A stretch of DNA of 64,000 nt from Verrucomicrobiota bacterium (GCA_016716505.1 JADJWF010000011.1:786123-850122); one strand, 5' to 3'; numbered from the stretch's first letter, positions 8,021 through 17,764 are shown. The notes: generated by a model not told the origin, from the letters alone. A program made the numbers and translations.

Positions 8021-9325
8021 TTAAAACAAAGCTCCGTAAATCATCCCGCTGAAGGTCGCCATCACGATGACGAGTGTGACGAATACCACCGTCTTCTTGG
8101 TGCCCATGATGCCGCGTAACACCAGCATGTTGGGCAGCGACAACGCCGGGCCCGCGAGCAGGAGCGCCAGCGCCGGGCCTTTGCCCATGCCGCTGCCGAG
8201 CAGGCCTTGGAGAATCGGCACTTCGGTCAAGGTGGCGAAATACATGAAAGCGCCGACGAACGACGCGAAAAAGTTTGCCCACAGCGAATTGCCGCCCACG
8301 AGATTCGTGACCCAGGCGTTGGGAATAAGGCCCTCATGACCGGGACGTCCCAGCAACAATCCGGCAACCAGCACGCCGATCAGCAGCAGCGGCAGAATTT
8401 GTTTCGCAAACGTCCAGGTGGCCGAGAACCATTCGCCCGATTCGCCCTCGCTGGTGCTGGTGATCACGGACAAACCAACCGCACCGACGACGAAGGCAAT
8501 CATGGGTTCTTGCGGGAATGCAAACGCCAGCGCAACGGTGGGCGCGGCGATCAGCGCCACTTTCCACCATGCCAGCCCAATCCACTTCACCAGCATGATT
8601 CCCAACGCCACGCTGAACGCCGCCGTGATCGGCCATTTTGAGGTCCACACCGCATGCCAGAGGCCGCCATCGCCATCGGGCTTGCCCCAGTTGGCGAACA
8701 CCAGAATCCCGATCATCGCGGCGAAGTAGAGTGTCGTTTGCCAGAGTGGCCGTTTCACTTCCGCCTCGGGCATCGCCGCTGCTGCATCCGCCTTCTCCTG
8801 TTCCTCCTTGCGAAAGATGAAGTGCATCGCAAGTCCAATCACGATGCTGAACACCACCGCCCCAACCGCGCGAGCGATGCCCAGTTCGAAACCCAGAATT
8901 CGCGCCGTCAGGATGATGGCCAGCACGTTGATGGCTGGTCCGGAATACAGAAACGCCGTTGCCGGGCCGAGGCCTGCGCCCATCCGCCAGATGCCGGCGA
9001 ACAACGGCAGCACGGTGCAAGAACACACCGCGAGAATCGTCCCGGACACCGACGCGACACCGTAAGCCAGCGCCTTGTGCGCCTTTGGCCCGAGATATTT
9101 CATCACCGAGGCTTGGCTCACGAACACGCCGATCGCCCCCGCGATGAAGAACGCTGGGATAAGGCAGAGAATGACGTGCTCACGGGCGTACCACTTGACG
9201 AGTTCCAACGACTCGCGAATCGCGTTGTCGAAGCGCTCCGCGCCGATGGGCAGGTAGAAACAGGCCAGAAACAACCCGGCCATGGCCGCCAGCGGTTTCC
9301 ACTCCTTGCGCCACTCCGTTGTCAT
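8021..9325 (-). CDS. arsP: Permease of the YraQ/DUF318 family, ArsP-like (putative trivalent organoarsenical efflux)
   Basis: 434 aa, polytopic. Vicinal-Cys motif TILAVCSCTVLPLF. Context is arsR upstream, the Trx-like partner downstream and arsM nearby. Substrate assignment is inference. Confidence 0.7.
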   Translation of the reverse strand: MTTEWRKEWKPLAAMAGLFLACFYLPIGAERFDNAIRESLELVKWYAREHVILCLIPAFFIAGAIGVFVSQASVMKYLGPKAHKALAYGVASVSGTILAVCSCTVLPLFAGIWRMGAGLGPATAFLYSGPAINVLAIILTARILGFELGIARAVGAVVFSIVIGLAMHFIFRKEEQEKADAAAAMPEAEVKRPLWQTTLYFAAMIGILVFANWGKPDGDGGLWHAVWTSKWPITAAFSVALGIMLVKWIGLAWWKVALIAAPTVALAFAFPQEPMIAFVVGAVGLSVITSTSEGESGEWFSATWTFAKQILPLLLIGVLVAGLLLGRPGHEGLIPNAWVTNLVGGNSLWANFFASFVGAFMYFATLTEVPILQGLLGSGMGKGPALALLLAGPALSLPNMLVLRGIMGTKKTVVFVTLVIVMATFSGMIYGALF

Positions 9326-9363
9326 TTCGTCAATTCGCTAAATATCCGGCCAAAAAAATGGGA

Positions 9364-9690
9364 TCACGCGGCGTGCGCAACCCGGTCCGTTGTCTCGCCA
9401 GCCTTCACAGCCGCCACGCACTGGAAAAAGTTCATCACACAAGGGGTCTTGAGCCGATAAAACACCTGCACCCCGCGCTTTTCGTCCTCGACAATGCCCG
9501 CCTCCCGCAGCAGGGCCAGGTGGCGAGATACGGTGGGCATCTCGGCGCCGACCAAATCAGCGAGCTCACACACACACCGTTCCCCGCGCGAAAGCTCTTC
9601 GACCATGAGCAGCCGCGACGGATGAGCGAGCGCTTTAAGCACGCGCGCTTGGGCCTTGTAACGGGCCATTGTTTGAGCATTGGCAGCCAT
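9364..9690 (-). CDS. arsR: ArsR/SmtB-family metalloregulator (copy 2)
   Basis: Start taken at MAANAQTMARYKAQARVLKALAHPSRLLMVEELSRGERCVCELADLVG (ATG 9690). Has the ELCVCDL-type metal-site motif and a wHTH. Confidence 0.85.
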   Translation of the reverse strand: MAANAQTMARYKAQARVLKALAHPSRLLMVEELSRGERCVCELADLVGAEMPTVSRHLALLREAGIVEDEKRGVQVFYRLKTPCVMNFFQCVAAVKAGETTDRVAHAA

Positions 9691-9693
9691 AAC

Positions 9694-9721
9694 GGCGAAA
9701 TAGTTAGCCAATTGGCGAAAT
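9694..9721 (-). promoter_or_regulatory. Putative ArsR operator/promoter: two GGCGAAAT repeats flanking palindrome GCCAATTGGC
   Basis: Minus-strand reading: TTTACA-catttcgccaattggc-TAACTA-tttcgccgtt-ATG. It has sigma70-like spacing, with the repeats overlapping the -35/-10 spacer. Confidence 0.35.
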
Positions 9722-9777
9722 GTGTAAACCGGTTTTTCAGTTTGCTTGGTGGTTGACGGCACGCGCCTCACCTGCAG

Positions 9778-10261
9778 CTACTTGGGAAGCGTCGCAGCAT
9801 CCTCCTTCCGCGAACTGTTTGCTGCCGCAGCGGCCTTAGCCTGATCGCGCCGGCCAGCGGCGTAGGCTTCAAACACCTTCTTGATTTCATCGCGCACCCG
9901 GCGGAACACAGCCAACTTTTGCTCGTCTGTGCCTGTGGCGTGCGCCGGGTCGTCGAACGGCCAATGATGGCGGTTGACCTGGCCGGGAAACACCGGGCAG
10001 GCCTGATCCGCGTTGCCGCAGACGGTGATGACGGTTTCCACGCGCGTCCAGGAACTCGTTCATGTGCTTGGAGCGATGGCCGGAAATATCAATCCCGATT
10101 TCCGCCATGACTTTGACGGCCAGCGGATGGACGTAACCCGCGGGATTCGAGCCGGCGCTCTGCACATCGAGAAAATCGCCCGCCGCAGCGCGCAGGATGC
10201 CTTCGGCCAGGTGGCTGCGGCACGAGTTGCCGGTGCAAAGGATCAGGACGGCGGGCTTCAT
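9778..10261 (-). pseudogene. arsC: Arsenate reductase ArsC (LMW-PTP, thioredoxin-coupled type), copy 2, interrupted by a frameshift near 10036-10050
   Basis: N-terminus [21 protein letters not shown]...[10 protein letters not shown] is in one frame (track ORF 9887..10276). The C-terminus (V)[31 protein letters not shown]...VFRRVRDEI is in another (track ORF 9778..10041). The shift lies at the GCGCG run. Confidence 0.8.
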
Positions 10262-10334
10262 AAACTGGGGACGCACGGAATCTCCAACCTCGCAGGCCAG
10301 ACGTCACAGTGGTGCTTCGGTGCGGGCCTCAGCG

Positions 10335-10381
10335 TTCGGATGTCGGTCTTCATTCGGATTTCGGATTTCGAGGTTCGGATT

Positions 10382-10383
<2 letters not shown>
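10335..10383. repeat. Short tandem heptamer repeat (TTCGGAT)n, imperfect, in the acr3-arsC2 intergenic spacer
   Basis: ttcggat gtcggtc ttca ttcggat ttcggat ttcgagg ttcggat ttcac. Confidence 0.5.
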
Positions 10384-11485
<1,102 letters not shown>

Positions 11486-11522
11486 GGAAAATGTCAAAGT
11501 TGAAATGGTTCGCTCATCAGCC

Positions 11523-12386
11523 TTAAACGGGTGGTTTCTGCGCGGTGATTTCCAGGCTCGTGATGAAATCACTCGGTTTTGTGCCCGGCGGCAGGTGGGC
11601 GAGGATCTCCCGGTAAAGCGGGTCCTGCCAATCGCTCATGCCGTCCACGTAGTCGGGGCGGGAATTGAGCCGGATGTCCACCAGCCCGGCCTCGCAGGCC
11701 ATGCGCTCGGTTTCGCTGACCAGGACCGCGCCGGCGATGCAGCCCACCAGTGCCTGCACGCTCTGCACAATGGCCGCCGGCAGCGGCCGCAGCAGCGCCA
11801 AGTCCGCCACGGCGACCCGCCCGCCCGGCTTGAGCACGCGCGCGATTTCCCGCCACACCTGCGGCTTGTCCGGCGAGAGGTTGATGACGCAGTTGGAGAT
11901 GACCACGTCCACCGAGTTGTCCGCCACGGGCAGGTGCTCGATTTCGCCCAGCCGAAACTCGACGTTGTCCAGCCCGGTCCGCTCGCGATATGTCGCAATG
12001 TTGTTTCGGGCGTTGGCCAGCATCTCTGCCGTCATGTCCACGCCGATGACACGGCCGGGCGGGCCGACCTTGCGGCTGGCGATGAAGAAGTCGAAGCCCG
12101 CGCCGCTGCCCAGATCGAGCACGACTTCGCCCGGCTGGAGCGCGGCGAGCGCGGTGGGATTTCCACAGGAGAGGCCCAGGTTGGCGCCCTCGGGCAGGGC
12201 CTCGAGTTCCCAGATGGTGTAGCCGAGTTCGGGAGCCAGCTTGTCGGGAGCTTGTAGCGCGGTGCCGCAGCAGGAGCCTCCCGGACCGCAGCAGCCGGTG
12301 GAGGTTGCCGTGGCGATCCTGGTGTAGCCCTCGCGCACGGTGGCACGGACGGACTCGCCCGTGGTGTCCGGAGAGAGTTTGTTCAT
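11523..12386 (-). CDS. arsM: Arsenite S-adenosylmethionine methyltransferase
   Basis: 287 aa. N-terminal Cys pairs STGCCGPGGSCCG, SAM motif VLDLGSGAGFD, and LSCGNP...VISNCVINL, all typical of ArsM. The ATG overlaps the arsC1 stop (ATGA at 12383-12386). Confidence 0.9.
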   Translation of the reverse strand: MNKLSPDTTGESVRATVREGYTRIATATSTGCCGPGGSCCGTALQAPDKLAPELGYTIWELEALPEGANLGLSCGNPTALAALQPGEVVLDLGSGAGFDFFIASRKVGPPGRVIGVDMTAEMLANARNNIATYRERTGLDNVEFRLGEIEHLPVADNSVDVVISNCVINLSPDKPQVWREIARVLKPGGRVAVADLALLRPLPAAIVQSVQALVGCIAGAVLVSETERMACEAGLVDIRLNSRPDYVDGMSDWQDPLYREILAHLPPGTKPSDFITSLEITAQKPPV

Positions 12387-12846
12387 AATGGGTGGGTTTG
12401 GGTGGCGCCCGGCTTGGCCGTGGTCAGGCTCGCCAGCAGGGTTTCGACGAACTGCCGGATCGGCTCCCGCACGCGGCGATAGACGGCCAGCTTCTCCTCG
12501 CCGTCGGGCAGGTGCCGGGTGAGCGTGGGCGGATCCTCGAAGCCGACATGCACACGCGGGTCTTGGTGGGAAAGACGGGGCAATGCTCGTCGGCGTGGCC
12601 GCAGACGGTGACGACGTAATCGAACTCGATAGGTCCCAAGTCGGCGGGGGGCTTCGAGAGCTGGCGCGAAATGTCCACGCCGGCCTCAGCCATGACGCGG
12701 ACGGCGTGGGGGTTCATGCCGTGCTTCTCGATGCCGGCGGAGAAGGCTTCGATCCGGTCGCCCTTGAGGTGGCGCGCCCAGCCTTCGGCCATGTGGCTGC
12801 GGCAGGAATTGCCCGTGCAGAGGAAGAGGACGTTCAGTTTCGGCAT
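12383..12846 (-). pseudogene. arsC: Arsenate reductase ArsC (LMW-PTP, thioredoxin-coupled type), copy 1, interrupted by a frameshift near 12547-12560
   Basis: [22 protein letters not shown]...[21 protein letters not shown] is in one frame (track ORF 12424..12846). It continues as [38 protein letters not shown] in another (track ORF 12383..12583). The junction is at CGCGTGTGCATG. Confidence 0.8.
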
Positions 12847-13199
12847 TGGCGTTTGCAGAGGTCGCTGGGATTGAGTTTGAGGATGTGGGCAAGGCGTTTG
12901 CGGTCCGCGAGGGCCTCTTCGGAGCGGGCGAGGGACTTGAACACCCAGTCAAGGGCCTCGCGGACGACCGCCGGCGAGTCGTTTCCCGCCAGCTTGAAAA
13001 AGATCCAGCGTCCATCCTTGCGGGAACTCAGCAGGCGGGCTTGTTGCAGCAGGGCGAGATGACGGGACACGGTGGACGGGGCGAGGCCGAGCAGTGCGGT
13101 GAGCTGACAGGCGCACAACTCGCCCTCGCGCAGTGCGAGCAACAGGCGCACGCGATTTCGGTCCGCCATCGCCCTCGCGATGTTGATGAACTCGCGCAT
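12834..13199 (-). CDS. arsR: ArsR/SmtB-family metalloregulator (copy 1)
   Basis: Start at [38 protein letters not shown] (ATG 13199), 121 aa. The upstream 88 codons of track ORF 12834..13463 look non-coding. Confidence 0.85.
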   Translation of the reverse strand: MREFINIARAMADRNRVRLLLALREGELCACQLTALLGLAPSTVSRHLALLQQARLLSSRKDGRWIFFKLAGNDSPAVVREALDWVFKSLARSEEALADRKRLAHILKLNPSDLCKRQCRN

Positions 13200-13212
13200 G
13201 GCAAAGTAACGA

Positions 13213-13234
13213 TATTTCGCCAAAAAACGAAATA
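13213..13234 (-). promoter_or_regulatory. Putative ArsR operator: perfect inverted repeat TATTTCG-N8-CGAAATA inside a sigma70-like promoter
   Basis: Minus-strand reading: TTGTAT-ttcgttttttggcgaaa-TATCGT-tactttgcc-ATG. It shares the ATTTCGCC half-site with the arsR2 upstream region. Confidence 0.4.
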
Positions 13235-13444
13235 CAAGGGTTCTCTTCCGATCGAAGAAGCGCGGGGCAAGCCGCGGACAGATCCCACCCGACCCCAGGT
13301 CATGCGGAAATTCTTTGTCCGCGGCGACCATTGGTGCATCGTGGCTGGGGATAGAGACCGGCGGCCGCCATTCGGGCCGACCTGGCGGCCAGGGAGCCGG
13401 GGGCGGCTCCTGCGGGCCGGTCGGGCTCGGAAAGGAAAGAAGAT

Positions 13445-14221
13445 TCAGGAGGTGATCAGCCACTCACCTTCCACGCGTCGGGCCTTGACGGGCAGGTCGT
13501 AGGTGGCGCTGAGTTTTTCCGAGGTCAAAGTGTTTTCGATGGGGCCGGCGGCGACAATTTCGCCCGCGCGCATCAGAATGAGCGCGTCGGCCATATCGGC
13601 GGCGAGCGCGGGATCGTGAGTGGTGCAGACCACGGTGATGCCGTCGGCCACCAGTTGGCGCAGCACATCGCGCACGCGGCGGCGGTTGGCGAGGTCAAGG
13701 TGGGAGGTGGGTTCATCCAGGAGAAGAATGGCGGGCTGCTGCGCCAGGGCGCGGGCGATCATAGCGAGTTGCCGTTCGCCGCCGCTCATGTGCGTGACCG
13801 GGCGTTCGCTCAGGCTGGTCAGACCCACGCGCGCGAGGGCGCGCCGGGCTTCGTCCACATCCCGACCGCCCGGCATCTCCAGCGGGCCAAGATAGGGGGC
13901 ACGCCCGAGGAGGACGTATTCGAGCAGCGTGAACTCGAAGGGGATGAATTCGCTCTGCGGCACGAGGCCGAGCAGGCGACTCCGTTCCCGGTGGCTGAAG
14001 CTGGCGAGCGAGCGGTCGTTGACGAGCAATGCGCCGGAGCGCGGCTTCAACCAACCGAGCAGCACATGCAGCAGGGTGGTCTTGCCGCCGCCGTTCGGAC
14101 CAAGAATCGCCGTGAGCGCGCCCGTCGCAAGCGTGAGCGAGATCTCGCGCAACACCGGCATGTCCTCGAGGTAGCCGAAGGCGATTCGCTCAAGGCGCAG
14201 AATGGGCGGAGTGTTCTTCAT
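13445..14221 (-). CDS. ABC transporter ATP-binding protein (BtuD/FecE/MolC type)
   Basis: 258 aa. Walker A GPNGGGKTT, signature MSGGERQ, Walker B LLLDEPTSHLD. The ATG overlaps the permease stop (ATGA 14218-14221). Confidence 0.9.
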   Translation of the reverse strand: MKNTPPILRLERIAFGYLEDMPVLREISLTLATGALTAILGPNGGGKTTLLHVLLGWLKPRSGALLVNDRSLASFSHRERSRLLGLVPQSEFIPFEFTLLEYVLLGRAPYLGPLEMPGGRDVDEARRALARVGLTSLSERPVTHMSGGERQLAMIARALAQQPAILLLDEPTSHLDLANRRRVRDVLRQLVADGITVVCTTHDPALAADMADALILMRAGEIVAAGPIENTLTSEKLSATYDLPVKARRVEGEWLITS

Positions 14222-15213
14222 TCGCGGGCTACTTTCGTTCCGCGCAGCAGGATGATGGCGAATCCGAGTGCGCCGATCAGCGAGGTGAGGATGCCGAGCG
14301 GAATTTCCCCCGCGGTCAGGGAGCGGGCCACATTATCGCAGCCCAAGGCAAAAATGCCGCCCAGCCATAGGGAGCCGGGCAGCGAACGGCGCGCGTCGGC
14401 CCCCAGCAAACGGCGGGCGATGTGCGGCACCAGCAGACCGATCCACCCCACGAGGCCCGCGACCGCCACGACGGAGGCGGTGGCGGCGACCGCAGCGATC
14501 ACCAGCAGGGCGCGCTCGCGCCCCGCCGCGACGCCCAACGAAAACGCGGTGACTTCTTCCAACGCGAGAATCGAAATGCGCCAACGCATCAGGCCGATGA
14601 TCATGAGGGCCGGAACCACAATCGGCACCATGCGTTGCACATCGGCCCAGGAGACGCCCCACAGCCCGCCCAGCAGCCAGAACGTCAACTCCGGCAGCTC
14701 GCGGCGCGGATCGGCCATGCTTTTCAACAGTCCGAGGCCCGACGAGAACAACGCCGACACCACGATGCCGGCCAGAACCAGGCGCATGACCCACCCGCCG
14801 AATTTCAGGTGGCGGGCGAGGGTGTAGGACAGAGCCAGCCCGCTCAACGCAAAGGTGCCAGCACTCAGGGGCAGCAAGACAACGGAACCCTGGAAAAGGA
14901 GCATGGACAGCGCCGCCCCAAACGCCGCGCCTTGCGACACCCCCAGCAGACCGGGTTCGACCAGCGGGTTGCGAAAGAGCATCTGCAGAACGGCCCCGCC
15001 CGCACCGAGCGTCATGCCCAGCAACACGGCGGTACAGATGCGGGGCAGACGTAGATTCGTCACCAGTTCCCAGGCCATTTCGTCTTCCCAGAGCAGGCGC
15101 ACGGACATGCCCGGCGGCCGGGGATAGCGGCCCAGCAGCAACGAAACGAGCACCAGCAGCAGCAGCAGCGCCGGCAACAGCACGCCCGAAGCCAAAAGCG
15201 TCCGCCGGCTCAT
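14218..15213 (-). CDS. ABC transporter permease, FecCD/BtuC (type II importer) family
   Basis: Polytopic FecCD-type sequence (LLGMTLGAGGAVLQMLFRNPLVEPGLLGVSQGAAFGAA ... GEIPLGILTSLIGALGFAIILL). Start taken at ATG 15213 (MSRRTLL); the track start 15234 is a GTG. Confidence 0.9.
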   Translation of the reverse strand: MSRRTLLASGVLLPALLLLLVLVSLLLGRYPRPPGMSVRLLWEDEMAWELVTNLRLPRICTAVLLGMTLGAGGAVLQMLFRNPLVEPGLLGVSQGAAFGAALSMLLFQGSVVLLPLSAGTFALSGLALSYTLARHLKFGGWVMRLVLAGIVVSALFSSGLGLLKSMADPRRELPELTFWLLGGLWGVSWADVQRMVPIVVPALMIIGLMRWRISILALEEVTAFSLGVAAGRERALLVIAAVAATASVVAVAGLVGWIGLLVPHIARRLLGADARRSLPGSLWLGGIFALGCDNVARSLTAGEIPLGILTSLIGALGFAIILLRGTKVARE

Positions 15214-15217
15214 GCGC

Positions 15218-16312
15218 TCATTGCCAGTCCCCACGCAGACGCGGTTTGATCCGGGCGTCCACGTCGCTTTCGGTCAAGCCATACCACCGGTAGAAGGTCA
15301 CGACTTCAGCCCACAAGTCCAGGTCGGCGAACCGCTCCGGATGCAGCCGCTTGGCAACCCACATCAGTCCCAGCGCCCAGCGGGGGTCCGGCTGGTCCCA
15401 GGTGACCAGGTCGCCGGGAAATGTCCATACCCTGCGGTTCCTCACCGCCTCCAGCTTCTGCCAGGTGCGGTCGGTGCGGATGAGGGACGCCGTCTCGGGG
15501 TCGCCCTCGCCGTAGTCCACGACCAGGAGAATCTCCGGGTTCCACACCGCCGCCTGTTCGAGGCTGATGACCGTCCAACTGCTGCGCTGGGTGGCATCCC
15601 GCCAAACCGGCAGGCCACCGGCCATCTCGACCAGCCGGGTCTGCAGCCATTCCGCCGCCGGCACCCGGAAGGCGCGGGTGCCGGCGCGGGCCGACGTCTG
15701 GACCAACAGAACACGTGGCCGTTGCTCCGACGGCAGATCCGTCAGGCGCGCCGCGATCCGGGTTCGGCGTTCGCGGTAATAGGACCTCAGGTCCGCGGCG
15801 CGCGGCGCGTCGCCCAGGATTTGCCCCAAGGTGAACAGTTCCCGCTCGTAGTGTTCCGGGGTCTCCAGATCGAATTGGAACGCCGGGAGGCCGATCTTCT
15901 CCAGGGCGTCGCCGAGTCGCGCCGAAGTACTCTTGAGCAGGACAAGATCCGGACGCAACGGCGCGAGTTGCTCCGGCCCTACCTCCCCGCCGAACAGCAC
16001 GAGGTCGGGCGCCACACGTCCGGCGCTGACGAGGAACTCGAGGTTCTCCCCCCGCAATTGGCGGGCGTCCACGGCCGCCCGGAGACGCTCCCTCGCCCCC
16101 GGGAACAGTGCGGCTGTACCGACGATCATGAACGAACCGCGCCCGAGCACGGCGATGCGCGCGGGCGGTTCCCGCAACCACAGTTCCCCCCCGTCGGTGT
16201 TGGTCAGCGTCAGACCCGGGGTTTGCGCCAGAACCGTGCCAGCCCCGACCAGCAGCGCCGCCAGCGCGACCCGCAGGGCGTGGTGCCTATCTTCCCGGGT
16301 GATCATTGCCAT
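15218..16312 (-). CDS. Periplasmic substrate-binding protein of type II ABC importers (Peripla_BP_2; BtuF/FhuD/MolA class)
   Basis: Signal-like ALRVALAALLVGAGTVLAQ, then a two-lobe SBP pattern (PDLVLL..., RVLLVQT..., NPEILLVVDYG). Start is ATG 16312 or 16306. Ligand unknown. Confidence 0.8.
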   Translation of the reverse strand: MAMITREDRHHALRVALAALLVGAGTVLAQTPGLTLTNTDGGELWLREPPARIAVLGRGSFMIVGTAALFPGARERLRAAVDARQLRGENLEFLVSAGRVAPDLVLFGGEVGPEQLAPLRPDLVLLKSTSARLGDALEKIGLPAFQFDLETPEHYERELFTLGQILGDAPRAADLRSYYRERRTRIAARLTDLPSEQRPRVLLVQTSARAGTRAFRVPAAEWLQTRLVEMAGGLPVWRDATQRSSWTVISLEQAAVWNPEILLVVDYGEGDPETASLIRTDRTWQKLEAVRNRRVWTFPGDLVTWDQPDPRWALGLMWVAKRLHPERFADLDLWAEVVTFYRWYGLTESDVDARIKPRLRGDWQ

Positions 16313-16829
16313 CCTTTCCTTCGGAAACCCTGACCGTCTCGATCTCGAACCCACCGAGCCGCGCCACTTGATCGCGGAGCACGGCTAGCAGCGCGGGGCG
16401 CACGGCCAGAATCGCCTGCGTGAACGCGCGCTCACGCAACACCGACCACACGGAAGTCCAGCCCCGATTCGCCTGCAACTCCATCGGCCCCAGTTCATCC
16501 ACCACCAGCGTGTGACACCGCCCGGTTTCCTGCAAACGTGCGTCCGCCCAGGTCAGCACGGCTTCATCAAACTCCCATGAACGGCTCGGGCCTGCGCCAG
16601 CCTCTGGGCGGCGGGTGGCTAGCAGACGCTCCTCGCCCGAGCGGAGGTCCCGCACGCGGATGGCAACTTTCCGGCCGGCCTCGAAGACGCCGGGCGAGAG
16701 CAGTCCCCTCACCTCGTGCCCCGCCGCGCGGAGGTCGGCAACCGCGCGCTCGCACCAGCGGGTTTTGCCCGCGTCTCTTGCTCCGGTCACAAGCCGGAGG
16801 CGCGGCCGGGACTGGAGATCGCCCGTCAT
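16287..16829 (-). CDS. Small P-loop NTPase (THEP1/DUF2478-like)
   Basis: 180 aa. Walker A LVTGARDAGKTRW, Walker B-like TLVVDELGPMEL. ATGA overlap with the upstream gene (16826-16829). The rest of track ORF 16287..17873 is an out-of-frame extension over the neighbouring gene. Confidence 0.65.
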   Translation of the reverse strand: MTGDLQSRPRLRLVTGARDAGKTRWCERAVADLRAAGHEVRGLLSPGVFEAGRKVAIRVRDLRSGEERLLATRRPEAGAGPSRSWEFDEAVLTWADARLQETGRCHTLVVDELGPMELQANRGWTSVWSVLRERAFTQAILAVRPALLAVLRDQVARLGGFEIETVRVSEGKDGNDHPGR

Positions 16830-17764
16830 GGCATGACGACCACGCGATAGAAGACATTGGTCCCGGCCCCGAAAACGGCTTCCATCCAGTTGGTTTCCGT
16901 GCCTGTCACCAAAAGCGTGACAACTTCCGCCCAGTTCGTTGGCGAAGCCAGGTCGAAGCTCCGTTCGATCCGGTGGGGCAGGGATGGAGTGGCGTGGATA
17001 ATGTCCAGGCGGAATGCCGTGGGGCTGGATCGGACGAGGTTGAGGACCGGCCCGCGCAGGGTCAGGGAAACTCGCGGCCGGTATTCCGGCGGATTGGACG
17101 CGCTTTCCGAAGACGTGAACGGCGCACGATCCGAGCCGCTTGCCGGAGGACGGTTTTCCCCGTCCATGATCAGAACGGCTCCGTAGTTCAACAGGTTCGA
17201 CCGGGTCAACGCATGGGTGAGCAGGCCGGTAATGTCCCAACTGAAGAACCGGTCGTTCAGGTCCGGGTCCAAAACCGGCTCCTTCACGGCCACCACGTAA
17301 TGGTCCGCGTCGAAATCGCCGCCCGGCGTCGTCCACTGGTTGGTCCCGTCGCGGGTCAGCCACGTCGCGCCCGTGGCCGTGGCTCCGGAACCTCCTGTGC
17401 CCTCGACGAACGAAGTCGTCAACGGATACAGGCGGATGTCGCGGTCCCGGGTGTTGTCTTGGAAGACGTAGAAATAGACCTTGGCCTGCTGGATGGCGGT
17501 GGGTGGATACGCGGCCACAGCAGCCGGGAGGGCAAACAGCCCGCGCGTCACCGAGGTGTCGCTGTTCACCAGCACGCGCACGCTGCCGTTGAGACCGAAG
17601 TTCGATTGCTGAGCCGCCCCCCGGCTGTCCAGGTAGGAGTCCTGCGTAATGGGGAAGCTCACTTCCGTGGCCCGCACCGGCAGGGTGCCAGCCAGGAGAA
17701 CAGCCGCCAGCCACCTCGGCCGGGCGCGTAGGAAGCTGATCACGGGCAGGGATTGGCATTTCAT
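16826..17764 (-). CDS. Secreted protein with a DNRLRE-like domain
   Basis: 312 aa. Signal peptide LAAVLLAGTLPVRA, then ITQDSYLDSRGAAQQSNFGLNGSVRVLVN...RGLFALP...AKVYFYV...IRLYPLTTSFVEGTG...GATWLTRDGTNQWTTPGGDF. Family assignment is from memory of the domain pattern. Confidence 0.6.
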   Translation of the reverse strand: MKCQSLPVISFLRARPRWLAAVLLAGTLPVRATEVSFPITQDSYLDSRGAAQQSNFGLNGSVRVLVNSDTSVTRGLFALPAAVAAYPPTAIQQAKVYFYVFQDNTRDRDIRLYPLTTSFVEGTGGSGATATGATWLTRDGTNQWTTPGGDFDADHYVVAVKEPVLDPDLNDRFFSWDITGLLTHALTRSNLLNYGAVLIMDGENRPPASGSDRAPFTSSESASNPPEYRPRVSLTLRGPVLNLVRSSPTAFRLDIIHATPSLPHRIERSFDLASPTNWAEVVTLLVTGTETNWMEAVFGAGTNVFYRVVVMP

